Below are positions 1 to 9,709 of a stretch of DNA of 64,000 nt, in pieces. Source of the stretch: a virus (taxonomy: Duplodnaviria; Caudoviricetes). A program made the position numbers and the translations under genes. Position 1 is the stretch's first letter; every line of letters begins with the position of its first letter. The stretch covers positions 32,103 through 96,102 of the IMG/VR virus record IMGVR_UViG_3300032250_000391. One strand, written 5' to 3'. The notes beneath the pieces were generated by a model that saw nothing but the letters and a program-made list of their open reading frames with translations, ran no database searches and was not told the DNA's origin.

Positions 1-1
1 A

Positions 2-277
2 TACATTGTCAATTTTTAAACCAAGTTCAGGCACGCCCTTTTCGGTCATTTCCGGCAAAGAAAGCTCAAAGGCAAAAGGCTGAAATTCAACCATTAGTCC
101 TGCATCTTGCGGCGCTTCTGTCTCTAGTCTTGCAGTTACTGGCGTAAAGTCTGAAACAACTCTAATTGGCGCCGTAAATGCTGGGTGTCTAATTTCTAAA
201 GTATTGACAACTACTACATCTGACGGAGCAGATGCGTATGCTTCTTTTAAAGCTTCGGACAAGGTGACATTTGGCAT
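2..277 (-). CDS. Phage minor tail protein, DUF1833-like (partial, runs off left edge)
   Basis: Manual translation MPNVTLSEALKEAYASAPSDVVVVNTLEIRHPAF...FAFELSLPE...LKIDNV; follows the distal-tail gene. Confidence 0.7.
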   Translation of the reverse strand, partial: MPNVTLSEALKEAYASAPSDVVVVNTLEIRHPAFTAPIRVVSDFTPVTARLETEAPQDAGLMVEFQPFAFELSLPEMTEKGVPELGLKIDNV

Positions 278-327
278 TAATATCTCTAATTAATAAGTTA
301 CAAGTGACTTATTATAATTAATAAGAA

Positions 328-705
328 CTAAGTTGGCAATGGTCTTGTTAAAACTTCCAAAGTTGCGGATACAGACCACCCAAATTCTCTGTGCGAGGCT
401 TTTGCTTCGTATGTATCTTTAAATCTGGCAAGGTATGTAGTTTGACCCATACCATTAACCAAACTAATATAAAACCAATTAGCGCCGTTTAAACAATCCA
501 CTTCATAAAACTTTTCAAATATTGCAAGCTGTGCAATAGTAAATTGCCAAACAACTTTAATTTCTGTAGGCGCAGAAATAAAACGACGGCGTACTTTAGC
601 TAAACCCGTTTCCATTTCCGTTCTGATATTAGTATTGCCAGGCTTAAAAGCGTAGTCATCCATTTGTACGTTTGGTAACGTGGTAGGGTAATTTGCTGGT
701 GGCAT
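328..705 (-). CDS. Distal tail / minor tail protein
   Basis: Directly after tape measure; RTEMETGLAKVRRRF motif typical of this position. Confidence 0.7.
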   Translation of the reverse strand: MPPANYPTTLPNVQMDDYAFKPGNTNIRTEMETGLAKVRRRFISAPTEIKVVWQFTIAQLAIFEKFYEVDCLNGANWFYISLVNGMGQTTYLARFKDTYEAKASHREFGWSVSATLEVLTRPLPT

Positions 706-3700
706 TATCTATAGCTCCCCATTGCTCTGTTTAATCCGTATGTTTTTTCCATAACGCTAGAAAGACTGCCTCTGCCCTTTGCTAGATTTTGAGAAATCTT
801 TCCTTCAACTTGCGCAATAATGACGTCAACATTCGTACTTCCGTCTGGATTTTGGCTTTCTCTTGTTTCTGTACCGGCTGGAGCATTGATAACATTTACT
901 GTTACGTTGCTTGCGCCTGAGTTGCCGCCTCTCATTGATACAGGTATTGTTCTGCCGTCAGGTAAAGGTACATAAGCTTCGTTCATGCTACCTTCGCCAA
1001 ATAGTGCTAACTGAGGGCTTTTGGCAATGCCTCCGCTTGCGTACTTACGAAGCTTCATTGCGCCCATACTGGTCATAATTCCGCCATTGGCAAAATCTGA
1101 ATATGACGGAACAAAGTCAGGTAACTCTTCATAACCGCTACCACCACCAAAGAAGTCAAGAATACCGTCTAAGAATCCACCACCTCCACCTCCGCCACCA
1201 CTCGCACCACCACCGTTAACTGCAATTTGATTTAATGCGACTGCGGCAGCATTTGCGGCATTAGCCACATAAGTCAAAGCGCCGGCTGCCGTTGATGAGG
1301 TTGCGGCTTGGGCAATACCTTCTATTGCTGATTGACCGAGACTGTCTGTAAGTACCTCTGCCTCGTCAGATGTGCCCTTGAAGATGCCTGTCAAATACTC
1401 CATACCTTTGGCAAGTAAGCTTTGGCTTTGCGTTGTTCCACTTTCATCTGCAACTTCAGGAGCTTTAGTTTCACCAAACATTCCGCCCACGATTTTTGTT
1501 AACTCGTCAACTCCGGTTTTGACAACGGCAGCTAACTGTTTTTGCATCGTAATACGTAAGATGTCAGTTAAGATAGAATCAACCAAACTGCTGAAGTTTA
1601 ATTTTCCAGTTTTAGTAAATTCCACGAAAGCATCAACTGAGGCATTTGCCCAATTGACAGAAGCTTCCTGCATTTGAGTAGTAACGTCTTGCCATTTTCT
1701 GCTCAATTGCTCCATTGGAGTTTCTGATTGGCGAGCAACATCTCTCTCAGTAGCCGCTCTAAGGCGATTATAATCATCTGTTAGTTTTTGTTTTGCCTGT
1801 TCGTGATTTGCCTGTAAAAGCATTTGTGCGTCGTAATTTTCTTTCAAGTTACGAAGACGAATTTCGCCCTCAGCACGAGCGCGTTCGGTAGCGTTCTCAA
1901 TCATTGAGATTTCTAACTGCTCTGCTTGTTTTTTGAACCCCTGAGCCATCTCAAGAGCTTTTGCGCCTCTTGTATTGTTGACTGTTTCATTTGCCGTGTC
2001 GTTGAATAATTTCATAGCGACGGCAGCATTTTCGGCAGATTGAGCACTGCTGTCCAAATAGCGCTGTAGAGCTTGGCGCTTCTCTTCAATGCCTGCCAAC
2101 ATTTTTGCATCAGCGCTTGAAGCGGCATTTGTGTCAGAATTATAGTTATCCAATGCCGCTTTATATTTTTCGTTGCCTTCTATCCACGCCGTTGTGAGCG
2201 AATCAAAAGCTTGACCGGCCTCATTAGCGGTTCTTTCAACGAAAGCTTTTGCATCTTGAATATCCTTAAGCATTCCTTGATTAATAATTTCTGCTCTAGC
2301 CGCGTCTATTTCTTGAGCGGTTGGCTTAACTTTTGTTTTCTTTTTGCCAACTTTAACTGTTTTATTGTATTCTCCGTTTTCTAAATCTGTGTTAAATTTA
2401 GCTAATTCTCCAAAAACATCATTTGTGTCTTTTATGGTTTCTGATAGCTTGGCGTTTTCCGCTTTTAAATTATCTGTAAATTCTTTAATTTTATTTACTG
2501 TAGACCCATTTCCGTTGGCGTTAGGGTCAGCTTTTGGTTGAAACACCAAACCATCATAGGCTTCTTGAGCTTGCTTTTTAAAATCTTCCTGCTCGTTTAT
2601 TAATTTTCGATTTGCATCTAACAACGCATTGTAGTCATTAATGGCGCGAGCTTGTAAAGGTTTGTTTTTTGAATCAACGCCTGACGCAAGTGTTTTTTCA
2701 ATCGCTTTGTTTTGGTCTGTATAAATTTTAATAGCAATGTCTGCCGTTTTTTTAGCAGATTCAATGGTCGCTTTACGAACTTCAATAGCCGCCTCTTCTT
2801 TATTTTTTGCGTTCTTTCTAATTAGCTCAGTTTCTTTGCCAAGTAAGCTTCTTGCGTTTACCTCAATTGCATCAATTTTTATTTCAGTTGCTCTAGTCTC
2901 TTGCGTTACGTAGTCTTTGGCTGAATTACTAATCGCTTGAGCTTCAGCTTTAGAAAGTGCATTTTGATTTTTTTCGAGTCTTGCGCTAATCTCCGATAAT
3001 TCGGCGCTAGTTTCTCTAATTTTGTAATTAGGCTTTGTTTCTTTTTTTGCATCCGCAATCTTTACAAGAGTGGCTAATTCGTAAGATAAAGTTTTAACTC
3101 TTTCTTTGTCCGCTTCAATTCCTATTTTTAATTGCTGTACATTTTCAAAAGATGCGTAGCCACCTTTAAGTGCGGCTAATGCGTCTTCCGCGCCACTAAT
3201 AGCCTTTTTCGCTTTGGAACCCCAAGCGTCCCACAAAACTGCACCCGCCGTGAGTGCGATTGCGAGAATGCCAAGAGGCCCACCTAAAAACGCAATGCCA
3301 CGCGAAGCAACGCCCATTGCTACAGCGCCGGCTCTCGCGGCAGTTCCCATTGCGGTAAGTGATACAGCAGTCCTTTGATTTGCGGCAACAATGGCAGCAG
3401 ATGATGCATTTGCGGCAGCAGCCATTTGAGCTTGCGATATAGCAAATTGCCTTGCATTTTGTTGAGCGGCTAATGCCAAAGCTCTTTGTGAATTCATCGT
3501 TGCGGTCGCTCTTGCAACGTCTACTGGAGTACCTCTGGTAGTAAATCCAGTTTGTAAAGAGCGTTCTGCCGCTAATCTTGCCTGGTTTCTTCTTAACGCA
3601 ATTGCCATTTCTGCGGCAGATGCCTGTGCGTATAATTCTACCCTAGCAAGAGAAATTGCTCTTTCGGCTGCTAAGGCGGCAACGTTTGCTTGATTTCTTG

Positions 3701-4865
3701 ACACAAGTGCTTGACGGTCTAGCATTATTCTAGATGCTTGAATAGTTCGCTCAGAAGCCAATGCGGCAGTCGCACGTTGCGTGTATACACCCAAAGCTAA
3801 TGTAAGGCCTTTAATGCCGTTATAAATGACTGAAGAGCCCCAAATAATTAGCAAGCCCTTACCAATCGATTTAATTTCTTCGCTGTATCGAATTACAAAG
3901 CTAATCGCCGCTTGTACTGCTTCCATCGTTGATACTAAAGCTTGACCAATATCAGATGCGAATTTTTTACCAGAATCGGATTGTAAAAATACGTTAAGAT
4001 TTCTTAACGATTCAGTAACGCCTTTGTAAAAACCACCCTCACCCACTTGATTGCCAAACAATGTAAAGTTAGTTTTTAACTTCTCCAATTGACCAAGCCA
4101 CGTATCTGCAAAAGCTTTTGCTGAATCGCCGTTACGCACACGCATCACAAAAAACATACGCTCTAAAGCAGTTGTAGATTCCACTTCGCCTTTGGAAATG
4201 TGTCTGACTAATTCTGCCATTGATAAGCCAGCGCCATCTGCCATATCCTGCATAGCGGTTGGAATTGCCTCACCAAGTTGTTGTCTCAATTCTTCCATTG
4301 AGATGACGCCCTTACCTGACATTTGCTGAATGGCTACAGAAGAGCGTTTTAGTAATTCGGATGAGCCACCAAATTTAGCTACAGAATCCACAAGAGTTTG
4401 TAACTTTCCGTCCATTGGGTCTAATCCAGCGGATTTCATTTTTACAAATGCGTCTGTTAAGGCATTGACTTCAAATGGCGCATTTTTAGCCATCTTAAAT
4501 ACAAACTCGCGACCTTGAATGGCGTCCAATGCTTTGCCTTGCTCGGTGGTCGCCTTGCTCAAGCCCTTCATCAGAAGTGTCATTTTTTCGATTTGCGCGG
4601 AGGCTTCAATTACCTTGCCGGCGGTTGCGCCAAACACGTCGCGAATATCGTAAAGGAAAAAGCGGAGCATACCGCCTGTGCGAATTAAGCTTGAGAAGGA
4701 TGCGCCAAGTCCTGTATAGCGGTCTTCTAGATTTTTGACGGAAGTGGCTGATGACCTAATAGTCTGAGTCAGTTCGCGGATGAGTTTTCCTGAGTTCTGT
4801 ACTTTGTAAGAGAACTCTTTATCATCAAGGGTCATTACTACTCTGATATCGCCCGCGACCGCCAT
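705..4865 (-). CDS. Tail tape measure protein
   Basis: 1386 aa, Ala-rich and coiled-coil; tape-measure motif QMSGKGVISMEELRQQLGE; C-terminal FANGG...GEGSMNEAYVPLPDG. Confidence 0.95.
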   Translation of the reverse strand: MAVAGDIRVVMTLDDKEFSYKVQNSGKLIRELTQTIRSSATSVKNLEDRYTGLGASFSSLIRTGGMLRFFLYDIRDVFGATAGKVIEASAQIEKMTLLMKGLSKATTEQGKALDAIQGREFVFKMAKNAPFEVNALTDAFVKMKSAGLDPMDGKLQTLVDSVAKFGGSSELLKRSSVAIQQMSGKGVISMEELRQQLGEAIPTAMQDMADGAGLSMAELVRHISKGEVESTTALERMFFVMRVRNGDSAKAFADTWLGQLEKLKTNFTLFGNQVGEGGFYKGVTESLRNLNVFLQSDSGKKFASDIGQALVSTMEAVQAAISFVIRYSEEIKSIGKGLLIIWGSSVIYNGIKGLTLALGVYTQRATAALASERTIQASRIMLDRQALVSRNQANVAALAAERAISLARVELYAQASAAEMAIALRRNQARLAAERSLQTGFTTRGTPVDVARATATMNSQRALALAAQQNARQFAISQAQMAAAANASSAAIVAANQRTAVSLTAMGTAARAGAVAMGVASRGIAFLGGPLGILAIALTAGAVLWDAWGSKAKKAISGAEDALAALKGGYASFENVQQLKIGIEADKERVKTLSYELATLVKIADAKKETKPNYKIRETSAELSEISARLEKNQNALSKAEAQAISNSAKDYVTQETRATEIKIDAIEVNARSLLGKETELIRKNAKNKEEAAIEVRKATIESAKKTADIAIKIYTDQNKAIEKTLASGVDSKNKPLQARAINDYNALLDANRKLINEQEDFKKQAQEAYDGLVFQPKADPNANGNGSTVNKIKEFTDNLKAENAKLSETIKDTNDVFGELAKFNTDLENGEYNKTVKVGKKKTKVKPTAQEIDAARAEIINQGMLKDIQDAKAFVERTANEAGQAFDSLTTAWIEGNEKYKAALDNYNSDTNAASSADAKMLAGIEEKRQALQRYLDSSAQSAENAAVAMKLFNDTANETVNNTRGAKALEMAQGFKKQAEQLEISMIENATERARAEGEIRLRNLKENYDAQMLLQANHEQAKQKLTDDYNRLRAATERDVARQSETPMEQLSRKWQDVTTQMQEASVNWANASVDAFVEFTKTGKLNFSSLVDSILTDILRITMQKQLAAVVKTGVDELTKIVGGMFGETKAPEVADESGTTQSQSLLAKGMEYLTGIFKGTSDEAEVLTDSLGQSAIEGIAQAATSSTAAGALTYVANAANAAAVALNQIAVNGGGASGGGGGGGGFLDGILDFFGGGSGYEELPDFVPSYSDFANGGIMTSMGAMKLRKYASGGIAKSPQLALFGEGSMNEAYVPLPDGRTIPVSMRGGNSGASNVTVNVINAPAGTETRESQNPDGSTNVDVIIAQVEGKISQNLAKGRGSLSSVMEKTYGLNRAMGSYR

Positions 4866-4874
4866 TTATTATCC

Positions 4875-5198
4875 TTAAAAGAGCATTTGTTTCAAATTAC
4901 TAAGACCTTCTTCATCGCGAACTGGCTTGTTAAAAACGACCATACCAACCTCGCTAATTAGAGAATCTCTCGTCTGTGCCGCAGACTCAGAATGTTGAGC
5001 ACTGGCTGCGACAGTTAGCCTACGAATATCATTCTGAGCATTTATTCGCTCAATACTCGTATTCATTAGCCAAAAACGTTTAAGAGGCATTTTTAATACT
5101 TCTAAATCAGTCATTCCATAAAAGGCACAAACACGACAAAAGAAGAAACCAAAATCAATGATTTCTTCTATTCCATCTGCGCCTTCTGTTAGTTTCCC
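4875..5198 (-). CDS. Tail assembly chaperone, gpT-like frameshift extension
   Basis: Open frame extends from the slippery site at 5192-5198 into ORF 4875..5114. Confidence 0.75.
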   Translation of the reverse strand, partial: GKLTEGADGIEEIIDFGFFFCRVCAFYGMTDLEVLKMPLKRFWLMNTSIERINAQNDIRRLTVAASAQHSESAAQTRDSLISEVGMVVFNKPVRDEEGLSNLKQMLF

Positions 5199-5515
5199 GA
5201 AACTTGTGCCTCTGTTACGGCATTTTTAATTTCATCAGGAACTTCGCCTCTAATAAAAGCGGAAATTGCATTTAGCTGTTCAAACGGTAATCCGCGAATC
5301 TCAGCTTCTTGCAAAGTAGGAATGGCGCGAGAAACCATTGTTACAATCGCATCTATCTGAGCTTTAGGACTTGAGTCTTTATCAAGTACATCTGCTGTAT
5401 TCATTGCTACCAGAAAGTCGTCTACCGACATTTCTTTAATTTCATGTGTTACGCCTTTAAGAACAATTTCTTTTCGCTCTTTTGCAAGACCATCCACGTT
5501 TAGAATTTTTGCCAT
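5189..5515 (-). CDS. Tail assembly chaperone, gpG-like
   Basis: Between tail tube and tape measure; ends in G GGA AAC TAA. Confidence 0.8.
   Translation of the reverse strand: MAKILNVDGLAKERKEIVLKGVTHEIKEMSVDDFLVAMNTADVLDKDSSPKAQIDAIVTMVSRAIPTLQEAEIRGLPFEQLNAISAFIRGEVPDEIKNAVTEAQVSGN
5192..5198 (-). other. Programmed -1 frameshift slippery heptamer G GGA AAC
   Basis: X XXY YYZ just before the gpG-like stop; the -1 frame is open and continuous with 4875..5114. Confidence 0.8.
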
Positions 5516-5556
5516 TTTTTATCTCTCCAGTTAGTAAAATAAATCTTTAAATCAAC

Positions 5557-5578
5557 ATGTACCCCCGAAGGGGTACAT
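5557..5578 (-). terminator. Hairpin after the major tail gene
   Basis: ATGTACCCC-CGAA-GGGGTACAT, a 9-bp stem with a UUCG loop on the minus strand. Confidence 0.6.
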
Positions 5579-5598
5579 TACACAGGGTTAGCTAGGTG

Positions 5599-6408
5599 TT
5601 ATGAAAGTAAAGCCATTGATACGCCAGCGGCAAATGAACCTGTACCAACGCTTACAGCACCTGTGCCGGCAATTGCGGCATCGTATGAAAGATGCAATGA
5701 ACAGGTTGTCGCTGAAATGAACTTCATGTAATACAATCTACGACCAACAACTCCAGTAGGGAATGCGCCGGTGGCATTAACTGCGGCTAGCATGACCATT
5801 TTGCCTGTCATCGCGTTAGTTAATCCTGTACTTACAGTCAATACGGTTGTAGCCATGGAAGTGACTGTGAATGTTTTAAGAACCGCGTCGGTAAATGGAT
5901 TTCCAGCGTAGAACAACATGTTTGACAATGGGTCAGGATAGCCAGTAAATTCTACGTTGAAAATACGTTCATTTTCTAACTGATAAGCAAACTGCAATGC
6001 ACCTGGAGTATTTGCCAAAGGAATGATTACTTCGTCTGAAAAGTCAAAGTCGTTCAATGATACTGGGTGAAGAGAAAGCAATTTAGAAGTAGAAAGTAAG
6101 TCAGCACCAATACCAGTGTCAACGCCTAAACGTTTATTAGTGGTACCTTCAATACCTACGGCGCCCACTCTTAATGGGAACATTGCAGCCATGTTTTCTA
6201 GAGTTGTTTCAGCTAAAGGCACTTTAACCTTTGCATCACGACCCATGATGAACTCGTTAATTGCGGTTTTACCGAATTGGTCTACTTCTATTCGATAAGT
6301 CATTGTAGCGACGCTGAATTCAACGCCGCCTTTAGTGTAACCAAGGTCTTCACCATTAAAGAAGACCTTGCAAACACCAAGTTTTACGTTTTTGGTACTT
6401 GATGGCAT
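5599..6408 (-). CDS. Major tail (tube) protein with C-terminal extra domain
   Basis: NVKLGVCKVFFNGEDLGYTKGGVEF motif; lies upstream of the chaperones. Confidence 0.8.
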   Translation of the reverse strand: MPSSTKNVKLGVCKVFFNGEDLGYTKGGVEFSVATMTYRIEVDQFGKTAINEFIMGRDAKVKVPLAETTLENMAAMFPLRVGAVGIEGTTNKRLGVDTGIGADLLSTSKLLSLHPVSLNDFDFSDEVIIPLANTPGALQFAYQLENERIFNVEFTGYPDPLSNMLFYAGNPFTDAVLKTFTVTSMATTVLTVSTGLTNAMTGKMVMLAAVNATGAFPTGVVGRRLYYMKFISATTCSLHLSYDAAIAGTGAVSVGTGSFAAGVSMALLS

Positions 6409-6497
6409 GATAGTTTTTCCTTTTGCAAAAGAGAAATGTTAATAAGTCATTGGTGACTTACAGAATATACCACAAAGACGACAATAAATCACTAACA

Positions 6498-6998
6498 TTA
6501 TTCATCATCTTCGTAGTCAGAATCGTCGCCAGAGCTAAAGCCTCTGCTTTGTATTAAGAGCCTAGACCTAGCTTCACTAAGCATAGAACTTACAGTTTGA
6601 GAAGTGGTGTCATCAGCGGCTCTTTCAAGATATTTTGGGCCAACTGTAACGCCAAGAGTACCTTGTTTAGCCAGTGATTTTTGTCCAAGTTTGTAAATGC
6701 CCTCGTGCATGCGCATTGCGTACTCGCCAACGGTATGTCCGCTTCTGTCATCTACGGGATAATTTTCGTCAACAAATACAAAAACATTTGTTCTGCCATT
6801 AATTCCGCTTCTATCGGTTTCCATAGTAATAGCTTGTTCCAAATTGCCTTCATCTACCGGAGCGTAATCTTTGGCTTTTTCTCGCATATTTCTGCCGCCT
6901 TCAATCATTTTTTTGGCAACACCCTTCTTTACATATTCGCCAGTTTGGCTAATTATGGCGATTAAAGAATCTATATCTGTGTCGAGCTTAATACCCAT
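6498..6998 (-). CDS. HK97 gp10-like neck/tail-completion protein
   Basis: AKDYAPVDEGNLEQAI...HEG...GPKYLERA motifs. Confidence 0.75.
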   Translation of the reverse strand: MGIKLDTDIDSLIAIISQTGEYVKKGVAKKMIEGGRNMREKAKDYAPVDEGNLEQAITMETDRSGINGRTNVFVFVDENYPVDDRSGHTVGEYAMRMHEGIYKLGQKSLAKQGTLGVTVGPKYLERAADDTTSQTVSSMLSEARSRLLIQSRGFSSGDDSDYEDDE

Positions 6999-7389
6999 CG
7001 GCGTCTGTTACCACAAAACAAATATCAAAGTTAATACTAAATTCGATGTTATTGCCCGGAGAGCCTCTAAACGATACTGGCTCATGTCTTGGTCTAACGT
7101 ATTTAATATAAATGGCGTCAAGTTGAGTATCTTCAAAAGTCAAAACGCTAAAAACGGCTCTAGACAATGTATCGCCTTGAGAATAGTTTTGAGCTTGAGT
7201 TCTGACAATAGCTTGAAATGATGCTTTTCTAAATTCTGGCAATTCATAGTCAATCTTTGTTCCAGTAAGCGGCGAACGAAGCAATATTCCCGTCTCGACC
7301 TCTGATGGAAATAAATTCAAGAATAAATTAGTGCCAGCTCTGGCTATGCCTGCATCTTCTATTACTCTAGCAATTGGAAGAAGGTTCAC
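6988..7389 (-). CDS. Tail terminator / neck protein
   Basis: Size and position in the head-tail block. Confidence 0.55.
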   Translation of the reverse strand: MNLLPIARVIEDAGIARAGTNLFLNLFPSEVETGILLRSPLTGTKIDYELPEFRKASFQAIVRTQAQNYSQGDTLSRAVFSVLTFEDTQLDAIYIKYVRPRHEPVSFRGSPGNNIEFSINFDICFVVTDADGY

Positions 7390-7392
7390 TGA

Positions 7393-7737
7393 TTACTCCC
7401 AGATATCACAAGTAATTTGATAGTGGTCTAAATTGCCAGATATTGAGTATCTTGGAAATTTACCGATAACTCTTAAATTTACGCCAGCAACGGCAACAAA
7501 ATCGTCAACATCGGCCTTTGTAGTTGCGAGAAATAATAGCTCTGCATCCGCTAGTCTTTCTCTAGCTGAACCCCTTGAAGCTGAAGCGTCTGCTCGAATA
7601 GGCGTTACGTCAGTAGTGGTAATTAATTTAACAATTGCGCACTTTTCTCTGTAAATAATGCCAACTTTAGGCTGACCATAGATATCTAGACCAGCATGTT
7701 TAGTTACCGTACATTTAAGATTAGGAATAAATAACAT
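7393..7737 (-). CDS. Head-closure / head-tail adaptor protein
   Basis: DIYGQP and terminal DHYQI motifs; probable start at MLFIPN (7737). Confidence 0.55.
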   Translation of the reverse strand: MLFIPNLKCTVTKHAGLDIYGQPKVGIIYREKCAIVKLITTTDVTPIRADASASRGSARERLADAELLFLATTKADVDDFVAVAGVNLRVIGKFPRYSISGNLDHYQITCDIWE

Positions 7738-8365
7738 TTGCGACCACCGTAGCTTGGGAATATGGGTGAAATAATTGAGCAACCACTTTTACTTGCTCGT
7801 TGTCTTTCGGGTCAAAAACTGCTCCATTATTTTGATGATTTGGGTCTGGATAGACTATCTTTCCGTAGTGCCCGTTAGTGGCTAATAAATCTACCGAAGA
7901 AACAAAATAAGTGTCCGTAGCAAACGAGCGAACTAAACCAACTACATAATTATTTGGGTCTAGAGACCTACCGCGAGTATCTCTAACGCGATAATCAAAC
8001 TCTCTATCTGTAAAGCCAGCTTTCTGACCAAATAAAGCGCCATTACGCAGTTTTGATTGATAGTGTCGAATGGAATCTGTTGTTAAAGCGTCTAGCTTGT
8101 TAATTAGTATTTCACGTAGCCCGTTAACGCGGTTTTTAGCGCTCTCAGAGACGCCATTTGCAGAAAGCGTCACATAGTCATTAATATGTCTTAAATATGC
8201 GTCATAGAAGCGATTAGACATGTTAGAGGCTTCTCTTGCAAACGTAGTTACAGTAAAAGCGTCTGTCTTGCCGTCGGCGGCTTTTTTTAAATACAAGGCA
8301 TAAATTGAGCGATGAAATAACTCATAACCCATCGCAACATTGTTCGCTACAATATCGCGGCTCAT
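7721..8365 (-). CDS. Virion morphogenesis protein (hypothetical)
   Basis: Coupled ORF in the head block. Confidence 0.5.
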   Translation of the reverse strand: MSRDIVANNVAMGYELFHRSIYALYLKKAADGKTDAFTVTTFAREASNMSNRFYDAYLRHINDYVTLSANGVSESAKNRVNGLREILINKLDALTTDSIRHYQSKLRNGALFGQKAGFTDREFDYRVRDTRGRSLDPNNYVVGLVRSFATDTYFVSSVDLLATNGHYGKIVYPDPNHQNNGAVFDPKDNEQVKVVAQLFHPYSQATVVANVIYS

Positions 8366-8367
8366 AC

Positions 8368-9204
8368 TTAACCTCTGCCTACGCGTCTAGTAAACGAAAT
8401 GTAGTAGCTCAAATAAGACAGAGCTTTGCTACATACTGGTAATTGCATTGGCTTTCCCTCTCTATATCTCTGAGACACTTCTCCAATAGTTGAACTAATT
8501 AAACCAGATTCTCTTTGGTCTTTGATAGGGTCGCTGCCAAGAATGGCGTCAGCTTCAGCCACTTGAGCCAATCTGAGCTTCTGTCTCATTTTTTCTGGCA
8601 GTGCCGCGTACTGAGCTGGCTTAAGTAAATCTAAGTTGCCGCCCAGGAACGCTACATTATTTTTAGAAATATACGGAGTCTCAAATTGCATATCGCCAAA
8701 ATAAGCGATGTTTGATTGGTCAAAATATCCAGTCAGCAAAGTAAAGTGCAGTTGCACGATGTGATGTCGGGCATCCATAAGTGCCGTAAGTCTGTCTTGT
8801 TCTGAAGCCGCATTCCACGCAGGAATATCTGATATTTCCATTCCTGTTAAAAGTGCTTGAGCGTAGGTCTGAAAAGAATTTTCACCGACAACCAATACTT
8901 GAGACGCCTCAATAACATAAGGGTATCTAATGGTTATTTGATTTTCGTCTTCAGTTAGATACAGTTCAATGTTGCGTAGCTCTCTAATACTGCCAGTTGC
9001 TAGAACGTTTTTTACGGCAAGCACCGTAATTGTCGCTTCACTACTGCCGGCAGAAAAGGAAGTTAAAGGCGTCAAGGCAAGAACTTCTACCTCGTCTTGG
9101 TTCACAACACGATAAGAAATCGCACTAACGTTGTAAGCATTACCTTCGGCGTCAGCGAGCGGAATAATAAGAGTTACATCTGAATTAGCGCGAAATATGT
9201 CCAT
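8368..9204 (-). CDS. Head-tail connector-like protein
   Basis: C-terminal GENSF.T..QA...W...AQ..EA...G..S.TIGEVS..Y pattern of connector proteins. Confidence 0.55.
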   Translation of the reverse strand: MDIFRANSDVTLIIPLADAEGNAYNVSAISYRVVNQDEVEVLALTPLTSFSAGSSEATITVLAVKNVLATGSIRELRNIELYLTEDENQITIRYPYVIEASQVLVVGENSFQTYAQALLTGMEISDIPAWNAASEQDRLTALMDARHHIVQLHFTLLTGYFDQSNIAYFGDMQFETPYISKNNVAFLGGNLDLLKPAQYAALPEKMRQKLRLAQVAEADAILGSDPIKDQRESGLISSTIGEVSQRYREGKPMQLPVCSKALSYLSYYISFTRRVGRG

Positions 9205-9206
9205 AA

Positions 9207-9632
9207 TTACTTACCTTCTTGAGCCTTTAAAATGCCGTCAATAAGTTCTTTGATTGATTTGCCTTTTACGCCTAAATTTTCAGCGATTGCACGCAAGCCA
9301 CTAATTCCGTCTTTGTCTGCGACTTTGCCCAAATCAACTTCCGAATAGAAAGCTGTTGTCGCTTCAATTACGGGTGTTTTTTCTTTTTCTACAGGCTGTT
9401 CTGCGGTAGGTCTGCCGTCTCCGATTATCGGAGCTGGAGTATTTGCATTATCTAAAATGCTTTGCGTTATACTTGGAGAAGTACCGTCTTCCCATTCAAC
9501 GTACATAAAACAACTGAGCTTAACGGCGTCAATTGTCAAAACGTCTTTTAAGCTTAAGCCGTTTTCAAAATCCATTACGCCCATCTGCCCTGAGTAAGTT
9601 TCGAAACCAGGCTCTTTAAGTCTTAATTTCAT
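9207..9632 (-). CDS. Hypothetical protein after major capsid
   Basis: ORF with RBS; C-terminal HeH-like LRAIAENLGVKGKSIKELI. Confidence 0.55.
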   Translation of the reverse strand: MKLRLKEPGFETYSGQMGVMDFENGLSLKDVLTIDAVKLSCFMYVEWEDGTSPSITQSILDNANTPAPIIGDGRPTAEQPVEKEKTPVIEATTAFYSEVDLGKVADKDGISGLRAIAENLGVKGKSIKELIDGILKAQEGK

Positions 9633-9651
9633 TTATCCTGTCCTTTATATG

Positions 9652-9678
9652 AAAAAGGGCGAGCCATTAGACTCGCCC
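9652..9678 (-). terminator. Rho-independent terminator after major capsid gene
   Basis: GGGCGAG/CTCGCCC stem followed by a T-tract on the minus strand. Confidence 0.7.
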
Positions 9679-9709
9679 TATTTTGTCGTCACCAGTGACT
9701 TACCACGTT

